Source: Podarcis liolepis (taxonomy: Eukaryota). Taken from it: a stretch of DNA of 64,000 bases. Shown one piece after another: positions 11,726-25,800 of this stretch (position 1 is its first letter; each line of letters starts with the position of its first letter). Where the stretch lies: assembly GCA_965112155.1 (NCBI GenBank), contig OZ218102.1. One strand, given 5' to 3'. The notes under the pieces were generated by a model that saw only the letters and a list, made by a program, of their open reading frames with translations, ran no database searches and was not told the DNA's origin. Position numbers and translations under genes: made by a program.

Positions 11726-14700
11726 GGATGTTGTAGAGTGCCAATTACATTATAAACTGGGTGAGCACTATGGCATTGTTCAACTCCTGCTGTATGTACC
11801 CAACTCCTCTTCAGTCACTGGGTGCAGGACATGCTCCTTTGCAGTTCAGCAAAGACTTGTGTGGACACAGGGGGAAAAGGGTGCTCTGAATGTTGCATAT
11901 TTGTAAATTTTCTGGCCCGGAATGGCTTAGAGCCCTCTTTTGTGTTTTTGTTTTGTTTTGTTGTTGGGGGATATTTTTTTTTTGGCCTTTTGCATGTTTC
12001 TCTAATATTCTATAGAGAATTGAGTTACCTCACAAAGAATGCAGACATGGAAGTGGACTGTTTGCCTCTTGAGCCTGCATGGACTTTCAGTTATTTTATT
12101 GGGTTTGCTTTCTTCATATGGCCTTTTTAAAAAAATCACTTTCTTGAGCTCTAGTACCAGACTTGTGAAACAAAAACTGGATAATTGCTTATAATTAGGC
12201 TTTCACAGTTTTTTTCTTCTTTGATCCAGTTGGCTTGAAAGAGAGTTTAATCTTTTTAAGTATGGCTAGTCATTTTGAATTCAGTGATTAGTGATTGGAT
12301 TCCTAGTCAATTGGGTCTAATCGGAGCCATTTTGTTTTAAATTCAACTCCTCCTTTACTATTTGCAATCTGCTTAGTGCTCACCCGGCGGGGCGGGTGGG
12401 AGTGGGATGGGGGAACTTTACATACACTACCTTCAGAATGCTTTGGTTCATTCCTTTGGAACACTACCTTCACTGTAATTGTGTTTGCTCTTTTGCAAAG
12501 GCGAGAGAGTTCAGCTTGCCTGCTTGAGGATGTAGCCTTATCTCAACACTCCATTCAGGAGCATCAGGGTACATTGAATGATATACTAGGGTATTCCTCA
12601 CTTTAACAAAGAAATGGCTTTTTTGTGACCTACGTGCTTTTTAACAGACTGGATTCTGAGTTTGCTAAACTGTGCGTTTCCAACATCTCGTTTAAAGAAC
12701 TCTCTTCTGGGAGTCAGGAATACATATAACAGCTTACTGTAATCTTGGGCAAAAAACAAACAAAAATCCTCATCAAACCAACTGATCTCTAAACATACAA
12801 CCTCAATAGTCTGCCTAAATAGTCATGTAAATGAAGGATCTATGTTAATGTTCAGGGAAGAAATTTTTACAAATTTTAATAAAACCCATTATCAGATCAC
12901 TCTGGTCTGACTTAGGCTGAGCATCTTATCTAGTTGTAACACTGTCAGGGTTGAACACCCAATGGGTGTTTCCTTTTTAAATACTACAGTTGCCAGTAGC
13001 AGGAAATGTGCTTGCATATCCTGAATTTCTGTTTTTATTTCATCCACTATTGATTTTAATAGGGGACTAGCACACACTCGCATAGGCAGATCACCACTAG
13101 CACTCCTAAATCCACAGTTCAGTCTTGTTAGTTGCAGAGGCATCTGAACATTCTTACATGTTAAGCTTTAAATAAAGCTTTCTGGACTTGCAGCTTCACT
13201 GAATCAGACTTAATGGTTCTTTGGGTAGAGAAACAATTTAATCTTAGCTGTGCAAAAGATTGGTAAGACTCCACTCTACTGCTTTGCACAACCAAAAGAG
13301 GCAATGGAATTTGTATGTGAGACATCATTTGAGCACTGTTCTTAATTAGTTATCCTGTGTTAATGACTGAAAGTGGATGCTAAGATTCATAGGAAGAAGG
13401 CCTAGATAGCCCCAGGGCTGCTGCTTGAATTTGGGGGCAATTAATTGAGTTGGCCTTCTTGATTGGTTGATTGCTTCCCAGTAACCCACTGTATTCAAAG
13501 GTTAGGCACACCATTGCTGTCGTGTTAAATATGCACTTCTCATTCTTGAGAGAGACTGGGCTTTTGGCCCAGATATGCTTTGTACTACTGTTCTTAGACT
13601 TTTCTTTTTATTTTGGTAGCTTAATGTGTTTCCATACTCAAAAGCAGAGTTCCTTTAGCTATCTAGGTGTCATCTCAGTACAGAAACCTGTTTGAAGCTC
13701 TATAGTGGTGTAGAAACTCTGCAATATACTCCAGTTTTTCTGGAAATTGCAATAAAAATGCACTGTTTTAAATTTGTGGTTTCATCTGCTATTGAAAGTG
13801 TGGGAGAAGATTTGCTGCAAGCTAGAAGTGTAACACTTGCATAGAGTTTTACTGTCAGAGGTTTAACCTTTTGTGGCTGTTTTTATTTAAGTGATGTATG
13901 AGTTGAGTTCCGTAAAACCTTGTCATAGTGTATGTGGAGTGCTCATTTTACTTACCTAAATATTTTCTATGTGTATCATTAAGTGGATGACAATCGTGCA
14001 GCAGAAAAATGGTGTGCCTACCCTTTAATGCTGCAGTTTAGAAAGAGAACTACTTGTACGTCATTTCAGACCATAGGTTGAGAACTGTAAATAGATAGTG
14101 ATAGTTGCGTATTCTTATTGCTTTGGTTAGAAAATGAATTAAACAACCAAACACTTAATTTTCTCAGATAAAAGTCCTGGGACCTGACGATTGTAAGATT
14201 CCTATCTGCAAAGCTTTGAAATATAACACTTAATATCTGTGATCACTTCCTATTCAGGTAAAAAAAAAATCCCAGAAGCTTTGGAACAACCATATTTCCT
14301 CAAAAGGTCTCTGCTTAAAAAAAGAAAAGGAAAAAGTAGGTTATTTTTAAAGCACTAATTGCATTACTTTCGTAATTGCAATATAAAATAGCCATTATTG
14401 TTTTGTGAAGCATGGTTGAAATTAGTTAGTTGTCCCTTTCTAAAATTTCAGAAGCCTCTCAAAAATAAACAAAAAGCTGCTGAATATTCAAAAGATATAA
14501 ATATATCTATATTTTACCTTATTGTAGGTTTTGTAAACTTAGTCTGTAATATTCAGGTGCACCTTTTTAATGTTTAACTTTTGTTTAAGACTTCATCTTA
14601 CCTGTTTTTGCCCAGGTGGCTCATCCTGTGACTGTATCTCACTCTAGATCCTAAGTGATTCACTGAAGTAAGACTGCTCTGACAGACGCCTTTGGTGCAA

Positions 14701-16639
14701 CTTTGAGTAGCATTTGGGAGCATCTTTGCTGTTAGGAAAAAATGAAATCAGTGTTTATCCATTAGCATGCTTAATTTTCTGCTGAACAGAAGTTTGCATG
14801 GCCAAAATCCTCAACTGACCATAGTTTGATGTGGGAAGATGTGGTTCGCTGCTGTCTTTGTAAGAGAAGCCTTGTTTTCTCCTGTTTTCCAGTAAATGGA
14901 TGCTCATGTAACTTGCGCAAGACATAGGGCTTAGGCCTTGTTTTCCCTGTCGTTTTTGAGAGCATATTAAGGGGACAAGCCAAGTGCAATGCTCCAGAAA
15001 TGCTGAAGTCTTTGGGAGGAAGAACTGGACATTTTGATCACATGTGTGTTAGATCCAGAACCAAAATTTGGTGGAATTATTGTGTATCTGTTGATGGTGT
15101 CATGTGCACCTGGATGACAGAATGAAACTGTGAACAGTATTTGTGGCAGCCTCTGCTTATACAGACCAGGTATCATGAAGGATAGGTTCTCCCTCTACTC
15201 CCAGCCTAGAAGACTAATGTTAGAGTGTGTTTGTGTAACGTTTAAAATCGAGTTCACTATTGTACTGGAATTTAGATGTTGCTTGGTGACCTTTTGCTAC
15301 AGCAGGTTATACAGATGAGTAAGGCTTAGTGTTGTAGGGGTACAAGTGTGGAGTTAATTATTGTGCATTTCTGTGGAGCGAGCCCAGTGTGTAGAAAATG
15401 TATCAGTTTTTACTTGGATCTGTAAAATATAAAAGCTCTTTCCTGGCGATCTGATACACTATTACCTCTGTCAGCCATTCTAGAACCTCATTTTCTGTGC
15501 CCCAGGCCTTTTTGTTTTCACTACAGCTATAAAGAATGGAAGTTGTAGGGTTTGGACATATATATATATAATCTCCAAACTCCTGAGTTTATTAAAATAA
15601 TTGAAAGATAACTCCTCCAGGGGCACGAAGATCCTCTTCTCGCATTAGCCAAATGCCCCAAGAATATGCCCTTGCTTCTGTATGGCCCTAGGACTGCTCC
15701 ATACTGCCTGCTGCTCTGCCTCCAAAGGAAAGGCCTAGTCTGAATGTTTTCTTAAATATTTTCTAATGCAAATCTGGAATAAATTTTCATTATCCTTTAA
15801 GAATGAGATGTACCTTATAAACATGGTAGTAGTTCAGGTCTGCTTTGTTTCCTGTGGCTTATCCCAAAGCATATTGACAAATGATGAGGCAGTCTGAACT
15901 ATGATCTCAGATGACACCATGATTGCTCAGAAACTGTCAGGAATTATTTATGCATTTTTTAAAAAAAAAATGTTTTCCCATGAAAACCTCCACACATTGG
16001 CTGTATTTGTGATCTCATTGACATCATGCTATTGATGTCTCATGGTAAGCCAAAAAAATGGAAAGGGAGTCAAATTTCATTGTGGTGTTGACAGGGAAAA
16101 GCAGATTCCACCCTCCATGTATAATAAATTTAGGATGAAATCTTCCTAAAGTCTCTGAGTGTCTCAGAGGTGATAAAGAGGATAAAGGCATGGCACCTGA
16201 GTGGGTTGGGGAAGCATTCCTAGCATCCCCCTTTCTTATCCAAAAGCACTTTGCTAGAACTCTAAAACAGAAACTTTTAAAAGTCTAGCTTTCAGCCCCA
16301 TAGTGGGATGGTTCACATATTAGCCAAGGCTGCTTGAAGGACTTGGGCAGTCTTGAAAAGATAAACTTGACATAAAAATAATTTTTTCCATATGTTTCCA
16401 GGCAAAAAAATAGGTGCTTCTAGGAAGTTATAGGGTGTCCGTTCTTTGTGGATCAGGCATCTTTTGCATTTCTCCCTCGCAGTTTCAGAAATGTAATTAA
16501 AAAAATCAACTTCCCGGCTGTCTGCAAATTACACATTTTGCAGTTGGCTTTTATAACACATGGGTGTCTAATGGCTTTCATAGTTGAATTTTAAAACACT
16601 GTGATTTAGCACCATTTTAACAAGTCTAGTCTCCTTCTA

Positions 16640-16950
16640 AATTCACATGTTTTCTCCTCTCCACACTTTCTACAGAAGGAGCTCAGAAACATTTGCTTTT
16701 GGTTTTAGTTAACTGTGGTATGTTTCATTCAAGCTAGGGTTTGTGGTTCAACACAGACTGGTTAGTTTAAAAATAAGCCACTTTCAAACCATGAGTTAAG
16801 CACCTGGCTTCGTGACGTTAGCCAAAGTTAATGTTAGACAACAATCCCCAGTTAGGATGAAGCGGCACACCCTACTTAACTAAAAGCAAACCCAAGCTTT
16901 TAAATTCTTCCCTGCTGTGCAGCAGGAATGAGGAGAGGAAATACATGAGC
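16640..16950. mobile_element. Old palindromic DNA-transposon/MITE remnant in the LCOR 3' UTR
   Basis: Nested inverted arms catgttttctcctctcc / ggagaggaaatacatg and ttttagttaa / ttaactaaaa; a related arm occurs at ~32355-32370. Confidence 0.5.
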
Positions 16951-19900
16951 CCAACAGGAGGTGAGGCTCATTCGCATAATACTAAACCATAGTTTAACAT
17001 TATGCCCAAATGTGGTCATTATATCTGTGCTTTCCAAGTTTTTTTGATAAGTGAACAGTTTGTTAAATTGTCGTGATATATACCAGGGTTGGCCATATCT
17101 GGGCAGTTCAAGATTGTGAACAGAAAATCACTGATGGAGAATTTGGTGTACTAGAGATAGAGATTTTCTGTTCACTCCTTCCATCAAAAGCTTGCAGCTT
17201 CGCATTAGGTCCAAAGGAGACAAAGAGAAGAATGCAGTTGTAGATATTTGGGCCTCTGACATCGTGGGGTGATAGGCAGAAGGAAGGAGCTGCAGACTGA
17301 CCAGGGTCTGGGCCTGATCTAGGGCTTGGAAGAGAGGGAAGGATTTAGAGATGTGCGTCTTTTGGCCCTTTAGCCTTATGGAGTTCTCAAATGTAGAACT
17401 TGGCAACTTCCTTGGAAATACACCATAGAATATCTAGTCATAAACTGAAATTTTGCAAGTGAGCAAGCTTTTGTTGAAGTCTAAAATTATGCAGATGCAG
17501 TTTAATTGGATGTAACAAGTATTGTAATGTTACTTTTTGCAAATTTGTGGATGAATCTATGTAGGCACCTAAAATAATCCACAGATGCACTCAAAATTCC
17601 AGAGAAATAAAAACTCAAGTTGTTGGCCACTGCAGCATCTTTCTGACAGATATCTAGATTTGATTTAGTCAGTTTGTATAAGTCAGTAATATTTTCAAGC
17701 CTGCAAAATTACCTGCAATTAGGTAATGGCCTGAAAACATTCATTATAAAATTCTCAAATTATTAACCTGATTGCACAATCCGTTTTTATTAATACAAAG
17801 TTTTTTTTAAAAAAGATCCTTAGAAGATTAGATGTTCCATCTCTCTATACAATAAATACATTGCGTCTTTGGCCGCTAGTTTATAAAAATCTGACTTAAG
17901 TATTTCCTCTCCCACTCTAAAATTGTGGACATGCCACTTCAGCCTCTAATGTACCTCACATTTGGTGCTACACTCATCAGACCTTTACAGACTTGATAGA
18001 AAGATAGATAGACCATTAAAGCACTTGTCTGACCTGTTGTTGTTTTTTTTAAAAAAAGACAGAAAAGGGACCTTTCAGCACTTTTACTGTTACAACTAGA
18101 GTCTTAATTTATCTGGTCTTCAGAGTCTAAGGTACTGTAAAAGTTTCAGTCCAGGAATTTTATAATGTTCAGGCAGCTTCTGGGTGTACTCGCATGATAT
18201 TTTAATTAAACATTTCAGTAGACCATTTCAGGGCTTTAAGGTTTGGGATCTAAATGGGGGAGGCTAGGTAAAGTTTCCCAAATGAAGAATAGTTTTAGAC
18301 CATTGTGTAGTGCTCAGTTTGAAAGTATATCACTAGGAAAATGGGTAGGGATTCTCTCTCCCTTTTGTCTTCAGGGAATGAGCAGTATTTAGAATCTTTG
18401 GCTGAAATTCAAGCCTTTTTACCATGTAAATTTTTAATATAAATTCACTGACATGCTTTTTACATCAGAGGACTGAAAATGGATCTTAATGTTTAAGTTG
18501 TCGAATGGTATATTTCTTAAATGAAGGGGGAAATTAAAAAAAAACTAACTAGATTAGCATACCAGCATTAGTGATCTTAAGGGATTTTAGTATGTAATAG
18601 GAAAGTCTTTGATTAAAAATCTAATCTTGAATTGCTAGTCTGTAACTAGGTGCATTCTACATTAGCAGGTGAAATTTCTTTACTTGTTGAGAGAGGGTAG
18701 ATGGCGGCTGTCATATGCCCTAGCATCAGAAAAACAGATTACAGACTGCAGCCTCTCAGAGTCCCATTGGGTGGTTATATCCATGGGATTTTTGCTTACA
18801 GCAGCTTACTGCTGCTTAAACATGTATAAATATGTTTTGAGTGTTTGCTCATAACTCTTTCTAACCTCCACTTGTTAAATTGTCAAATGTTGGTATTTTA
18901 TCAGTCCGCAGTGTAAGTTATAAACTAACGTGCTTAGGATTCCAGCTTGTACACACACTGTTTGAAAACCCTCAGGGACAGTTTACACACTACCCTCACT
19001 CAATTCAGGTACTTGTACACTATTCTTAAACCTAGCAGTGACTTGTATTTTGTTTTTGCTTTTCTTTTGATGTGCTAATAGCACATCCTTGATGAATGTC
19101 AACTTAAACTCAGTTCAGGTATCCAGGTATAACTCAGCCAAACGGATTTTAAAGCTGCATATTACTCTCCAGCACGCAGTGCCTCAGACACGTAGTGGCA
19201 TTCTGTATATTCAGTTATTACTACTGAGCAAGATCGCATGGGGGTTCCTGATAATTATGTATTGTAAGAAATTTCTATATATAGTATGTGTATTATGTTA
19301 TATACATATATATTATATATGTAATCTTAAACGTATATATTTAAAAATGCCACTACCAAGCCAGCACAGCTAATGTCAAATACATTCCTGGCTGTCCCTG
19401 TAAATGGAACAGGGGCAGCTTCTCAGTACGGCTGTGGTTTCTCCTTCATCCCAGGTACTTCTAAACTTGAGCCCTGGCCCTTGGGTGTCTGACCTCTACA
19501 TTCTAGTTATGCAATGTCTCTAGGAATTCTGTGCACTGGCCACTGTGATGGAAGCCAATGGGCCAGATGGGCTTGAGTTTATTAGTAACCCTTCTGCCAA
19601 AGTTGGTGTTTTATGGCAAGAGTGTAAAACTTTCAAATAATCAGCAGCAGCACATAGATTGTGGGAGCACATGATTGCGCCTACCTTTATGCTCCTTGTC
19701 GGGCGTGTCACCTCTTGTGCCGCGCACTAATTGTGAGTGTGTTGGCATTTCACGCCTGTAGTGGTGGGTCTGTTTGCTGAGCATGTGTGTAACACATTAA
19801 AATAAAGCCTGCTGCTCGCACCAGCATTAATTTCACCGTAACTGTGCGTCAGCAATGCCTCTGCTTTATTATTTGATGCTTTACACCTTAGAAAGTTCTA

Positions 19901-19983
19901 TTTATGTAGAGTATGGAAAAATGGCATTTTTCACAGACCTCTAAAAGTACAAGTGTCATGGAAAAATAAAGCAGGAACCCCCT

Positions 19984-20123
19984 NNNNNNNNNNNNNNNNN
20001 NNNNNNNNNNNNNNNNNNNNNNNNNNNNNNNNNNNNNNNNNNNNNNNNNNNNNNNNNNNNNNNNNNNNNNNNNNNNNNNNNNNNNNNNNNNNNNNNNNNN
20101 NNNNNNNNNNNNNNNNNNNNNNN
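19984..20123. other. Assembly gap (140 N)
   Basis: Run of n characters. Confidence 1.
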
Positions 20124-20465
20124 ATGATCAACATTTTATGTAGTAGAGCACTTATGATCACAAATTAAGGTTTTGGTTTGATTGCACTACATTTAATTTT
20201 TAATGCAGTTCTGATTTTTTGACTGGACTAAATAAGCTGTGTCTTAATGTATGTGATAAGTACTTATAAATTTTTAATTCACGTGGTCCACTTTTTTTTT
20301 TTTTGCATTGTATGTCAAAAGCGCTGATTCTCTCGTTGTGCATGTGTAAGGGTTTAACAGCCCTGTTGTATTCTTTGGCCATGTCATTTTGAAAACACAT
20401 TCCCAGCTGTAACGTGTATGGTAGTTTTCACTGGATGCTAGACTTTTCAGAACCACTATTCTTCT

Positions 20466-20471
20466 AATAAA
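20466..20471 (+). terminator. Candidate poly(A) signal AATAAA for the LCoR isoform
   Basis: cttctAATAAAttttgttgtg followed by U/GU-rich sequence. Confidence 0.5.
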
Positions 20472-23400
20472 TTTTGTTGTGAAAACTTGAATGGTTCAAA
20501 GCGCTGGTTTCTAAAGTGTCTTTTTAAAATATCTATGGTTCTGTTTCCTTGTGATGCTTTCTTTCAGTGGAGTACCAGGGTGGGTCGATATATGTTTATA
20601 TATACAAATAAAGCTGTGTTTTGTATTTGAGTAGCAGAGCAGATGCTCATGAATGTAAAAATGTACTCTTGTCATGCAGTAACTACCTCTCAGCCACATT
20701 TTCAGTTCCCTCCTTTGGCCACCTTTTAATGATTAGCTGATGTGTAGGTTTATTATCTAGCAACATAGCACTATCCAATGACATACTCCACTATTATGGT
20801 TTTGATTCATCTAAACTGTTATTGTATCAGTTTTAGTAGTTGAGTTAACTTTTTACATGAATTGATTAAATTGAATTGTTTTATCTTTTTTATTCTTAGC
20901 TCTTTTGAAGCTCCTATATAGAACTGGGATGCAAGATTTAAAAATAAATTGTACCAAATGAGGAAATGTCACCACAAGGTGTCTTTTACCTTTCACTTCC
21001 TTGTGGTTCTTCCGAATGCTCTTTTCAGTGTAGTGAGGTATTATTACTAGATACAGTATGTTTTCATTTTATCCGAGGTATGCTAAATCTCAGGCCTGCC
21101 ACATGGGAGCATGTTCAGAAGAAATTAACACCATATGAAAATAATGTGTGAACTTGTGTTTGCTACATTCTTTCAAAAATGAATATCTGAATCTAACCTC
21201 ACACACTGTGAAATATTGTAATTGCTAAGAGCCTTTATATGGGCAAGACAAAAGTCTTGAGCAACACAGTACATGCCTGGATAAAAGGTTAATTCCTTTT
21301 GCATATGGCTTACGTGTAGCACAATGCTGCCACTAGGCATTGATTTGAAATCAGTGTTATAGGGCCTTTCTACATAGTCTGGTCTCCCCCAAGTCAGTCA
21401 AAGAAGTAGATCTATGGTTTTCGGCAGCTGCTGGTTAGAAGGCCATATTAGTGATGCCTGTACTTTTTATAAACAACCTTTCCACCATCCTATATTTCAC
21501 TCACAATGATTCATTTACAGCACTTTCCTTCTAATCTCATATTCCTATTAATATGTACTCTTAACTACCTCAGCTGTGTAGTTTGCTGAGTTCTCAAGTC
21601 ATTACATATGTGCAAGTTTTTGGGATCCTCCTTTGTCACACACTTTCCATCAGCAACAAACACAACCAAGGGCAAGGCTATGAGGACAGAAAAAGGCTTC
21701 ATTTTCAACAACTCTCTTTAAATTCTATGGGCCATCATAAGTGGACTTTTAATTGACTAGTCCATTGTGAGAGGAGGGGAATTGCTTCCTCTGAGAAACT
21801 AAGGCTGCAGTCCTAAGATTACTCCCTGAGAGTCAGCCCTGTTGAATTCAATAGGACCTACTCCTGATTAGACATGGTCAGTTGTACACTGTTATAGGGT
21901 CAAAAAGACTTGCCTCTGCCGGGTATCACATTTTCCATAGTGTAGCTGCATAGAGGCATAATGTTTCTGCATAACAATATTACTTATCCCAGCTTCCTAC
22001 AGTTTCATCTGTCTGTCCCTAATAGACACTTTGCAAATTATGAATTACTTGCAGAATGTTCATCATTATAGTGTGTTCTCTTGTACATAGGCAGCAGCTG
22101 TATATTGCAACCCAGTGTCACCCACAATTCTGTATCAGTAGACACTAGGTTATTATTGTCAGGGGTGAAATGTTTTGCCTGCACTGCAAAGCTGGCTAGA
22201 AGTCTTAATGTTTAATTTCCCTCCTTCTCAATGAACATCCAATATTTACTTATATAGGAGAAATTAAAGGGAACTACTTGGGGCCCCACAGTGGCATGAG
22301 AGCTAAGCCTGCTGTTGCCTATCTATTATTGACAGTGTTCCAGACTGTAGACCATTTAGTTTGTCTCACAAAATACAATGAAAGTCTTTTGAGAACTAAA
22401 GCTACCCCTCCTTCCCTTCGCCTGTCCCCATCCAGAGTTTTGTTCTCAATGTGACATTAGAATGCCACAGAATCTTGGGAATTGTGGTTTATATATAGGT
22501 GTTAAAGATCTGTCAAGTTGGAGTACAGTTCTTTCGCCGATATATTCCCCATATGCATTTACTACACACAGTCCTTTACTAATTCACCTCTCTCTCAAAC
22601 CTTCAGTCCGTCACAGATCCAAAGTGGCGGTGTAAGTTGCTTTTGAAATTGGGCGGTCTGCCCTATTGCCCTAACTAAACATGGTGGCACCCCATGATTT
22701 TTTTTTGGGGGGGGAGAGTAAGGACATTCTTCCTTTTACCTAAACATTGCACTTAACACCTTGAAGCATAGTATTCATTTCTTCCCTTCCCAAACTTTGT
22801 TTTAGGAGAGGGATTGGAAACCTATTGATTCCTCTCCCACAGCCTTAGACTCTTTTCAGGAGGGTTGTCTGGGCAGGTTGTTTCCCAGATGCACAAGAAC
22901 AAATGCACAAGAACTGGCAACAGCTCTACCTTTCAACTAAATATCATGGGGTGCACTTGCTTCCTGGGAAGTTCTGACCAATTAGTGTTCAAGTAAACTG
23001 ACCTACTTTGGCAACAATCTGTGCTCTCAATTGCTGGATGGAATTCTGATCTTCTACCCATCTTTACTGCAGGAATAGTCTGAATTTTGGAAGCAAAAAT
23101 ATGCCAGTATGTGCTTTTGTATACACATCTGGGGAATGCCTGGCTTTCCATGTATATGGGCATCCATATAGGTAAAAGCTACTACAGTACAATTAAAGCC
23201 TTGGTGGGCCAGGTGTAATTAATTATCTATACACTGTATTTTAGCTAAGTAATCCATACTAGGAATAGGCAAGTTTGTCTTTAACTTCTGTTGACAGAGA
23301 GACTGACTCAATCCATGGAAGGGTTTTGATTCAGCAGAGGGATCCTGCTGGTGGATGGGATGAACCAACTTTGCAGATTTCTCCATCACCTGGAGCTCCC

Positions 23401-25000
23401 AGTACCACTTCCCATGTTGTTCTGGAGTACCCACCAATACTCCGGCAGTGTAGGCAGTGGCACTGGGGGCTGCAGAGGGAGAGGGAATCTGCAGAAGTTA
23501 CTCTGCTAGAGAAAGTGTTCTCTGATGTGGGACTCTGCTCAGAGGATGTGCATGTCAACAGGAGTGAAGTCTGGATTCATCCCTGTGTTAATTAGGCTGT
23601 TTTCTTTCAAGCTTATCGAATCGGCAGTGAACCCAGTTAGGAAGTGCGACTGAACCAAGAGATGTGGTGTACAATTCATCCTTTCTGTTTTGGTCAGTAT
23701 AAGGAAGAAACATGTTTGCCTGCACAAACATCCTCCAACGTCCTTGGATCACCAAACAATTTATTCATTTAAAATTATTATTTGCAAATCAAATGGGATT
23801 TTGGAAAAATAATAATCTTTGCCCAGTGGATTTCTGTTTGAATGACAACCTTCCAGTCCTTTCAATGTGGCAGCCCTCACGATAGGTTTAGCTGGAGGCG
23901 CTGACGGTAGCAGCCTGAATCTAAACACCTTTACTGGGAAGGAAGTCTGACTGAGTTTAGTGGGGTTTCACTTCCCAATATGTGTGCTGTTATTAGTGAG
24001 TCATGCGTGGGAGCAGTTGATGCTGCTGGCTGCAGAACAAGCAGAGGAGCCATTTTCTTTAGTGATTCATATGCCACATAGGCTGAAGATTTGATGTTAG
24101 TATTAATAACTAGCCTGACAGCAGGCCTAGTACTACCTATGCCTGAAATGCCTGTATACGAGCCCAAATAATGTGATCTTGTTAAAAATGCTTATAGCTA
24201 CTTATTTCTGCATAACAAGAGTAACTGGCAGCACTTCATTCTGTTCACTGTATTGCTAAGCTCTGTGTTTGCCTGTAGACTCCAGATATTTGATTCAACT
24301 AATTGGAAATATTTTAAGACCCAACAACAGCTCATTTCACTAGCAAAGCTTCCTGTGCTGTGGGTGAGAAGAGGGGGAAGAGCAATATAGGCAGTAGAAA
24401 ATTCAGGTGGCTATTATTTCAGGTAGCAAAAAACAACTTCTATGCTCCCCCCCCCCCCCACCCTTCCATCTGCTGCAAGGAGCATAATTTGCATTCAATT
24501 CATCGCACAGCAGTAGAGAAACTCTATATACTTCTTTCAACATAACATAATACAGGTGGTAAGTCAAGGCTGGATTTCCCTTCCTCACTGCCCTGTCAAC
24601 TGAGGAGGGAGGGCTCTGCATGATTTTCATGCCGTGCTGTTACCTTTGGCTAAGGCACCTTGCTGTGACTTTTCCCTTTTATTATAACTTTGTCTTTAAT
24701 CCTTTAGTTTTACTCACATGCGCACACACACACAATCCTTTTGAAATAGCATTGTGAGGTTTCAGGCATGTAAATAAACTTTAACATCAAATTTACTCAG
24801 CAACACAACACTGAAAACGGTGCTAATTTCCTCGCTGAGATTTGAATAGTGCATTTTTCTCTGAGAGAATTCAGTCAACTCTAGCATAGTCCTAGTAATA
24901 AGGATTCCATTAGCCCCTATTGGCACTGGTTTCAATTTGTGAAAGAGAGCAGAACTCTGTCCTGTTTGGTTCTGCTGCAGTCATGTCTACTGGTACTCTC

Positions 25001-25800
25001 ATGGATGGATGGATGGATTCTTGCACTTCATCTAAGGTCCCAGGGTGAGTTAAAACATTTAAAACATATTAAAAACGGTTTAAGACAACTTAAAATGACA
25101 AAATATGGTCCATCTTAAGATATACACCTCAAGTGTCAAAGGTCAGGGTAAAGAGGTGCCAGACACACCTCTGTGGGGAAGAAGTACTTAGGGGCCACCA
25201 CAGAGAAGGTCCTCTCTGAGGCTGCTACACCGCCCACAAGTTGCTGCACCTGAGATGGTTTATAGCAGGGGTCAGCAAACTTTTTCAGCAGGGGGCCAGT
25301 CCACTGACCCTCAGACTTGATGGAGGAATGATGCAAGAGCACCACGAGCTGCTTACTTGTGTCTTGTGAGCGGCAGGGGCTGGCAGCGATGGGGGGACGA
25401 TGAGCAGCGCGCCAAAGGGCTCCGGAGAGGGGCTGCTTAAAATGGCGGCCGCTCAAGCGCTGCTGCTGCTGGCACCAACAAAGCCCAACCCCTTTTCTCC
25501 TCTAGGCAGGGTGGGGAGAAGCCAGGAGGAAGGAGGGAGGAGGCGCTGCCGGCGCTGCCCTGTGAGGGAGAGGGAAAGAACGCACGTGCTGGCAATCCAC
25601 GCGGCGATTCCCAGACCATCCGCGGGCCGGATCCAGAAGGCAGTTGGGCCTGATCTGGCCCGCAGGCTTTAGTTGGCCTACCCATGGTCTATAGGGAATG
25701 AGGCAGTCTTTCAGAAAATTGGGGCCTGTGTCATTTACAGTTTTAAACACTAACATGAACACATTGAATTGGGCCCAGAAATGAACTGGCAACCATGGTA
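25001..25800 (-). mobile_element. L2-clade LINE 3' fragment with (ATGG)n tail, interrupted by a hAT element
   Basis: The - strand translation PVHFWAQFNVFMLVFKTVNDTGPNFLKDCLIPY matches the L2 ORF2 C-terminal motif (LPVxxRxxFKxLxLxFKALxxLGPxYL). RTFSVVAPK lies on the other side of the insertion. Confidence 0.7.
25266..25686. mobile_element. Non-autonomous hAT DNA transposon (421 bp) with 8-bp TSD
   Basis: Ends CAGGGGTCAGCAAAC...GTTGGCCTACCCATG; TSD gtttatag (25258-25265) and gtctatag (25687-25694); GC/CpG-rich interior. Confidence 0.85.

Larger units (their letters stand above)
11726..20490 (+). other. LCOR: Probable long (~8.8 kb) 3' UTR of the LCoR (HTH) isoform
   Basis: AU-rich, relatively repeat-poor sequence after the stop, ending near AATAAA 20466-20471. 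Other AATAAA lie at 19801 and 20607. Mammalian LCOR has a similarly long 3' UTR (recalled). The end point is inferred. Confidence 0.55.

Noticed and set aside
19931-20168. ORFs containing X runs
   Set aside because: Artefacts of the 140-N gap.
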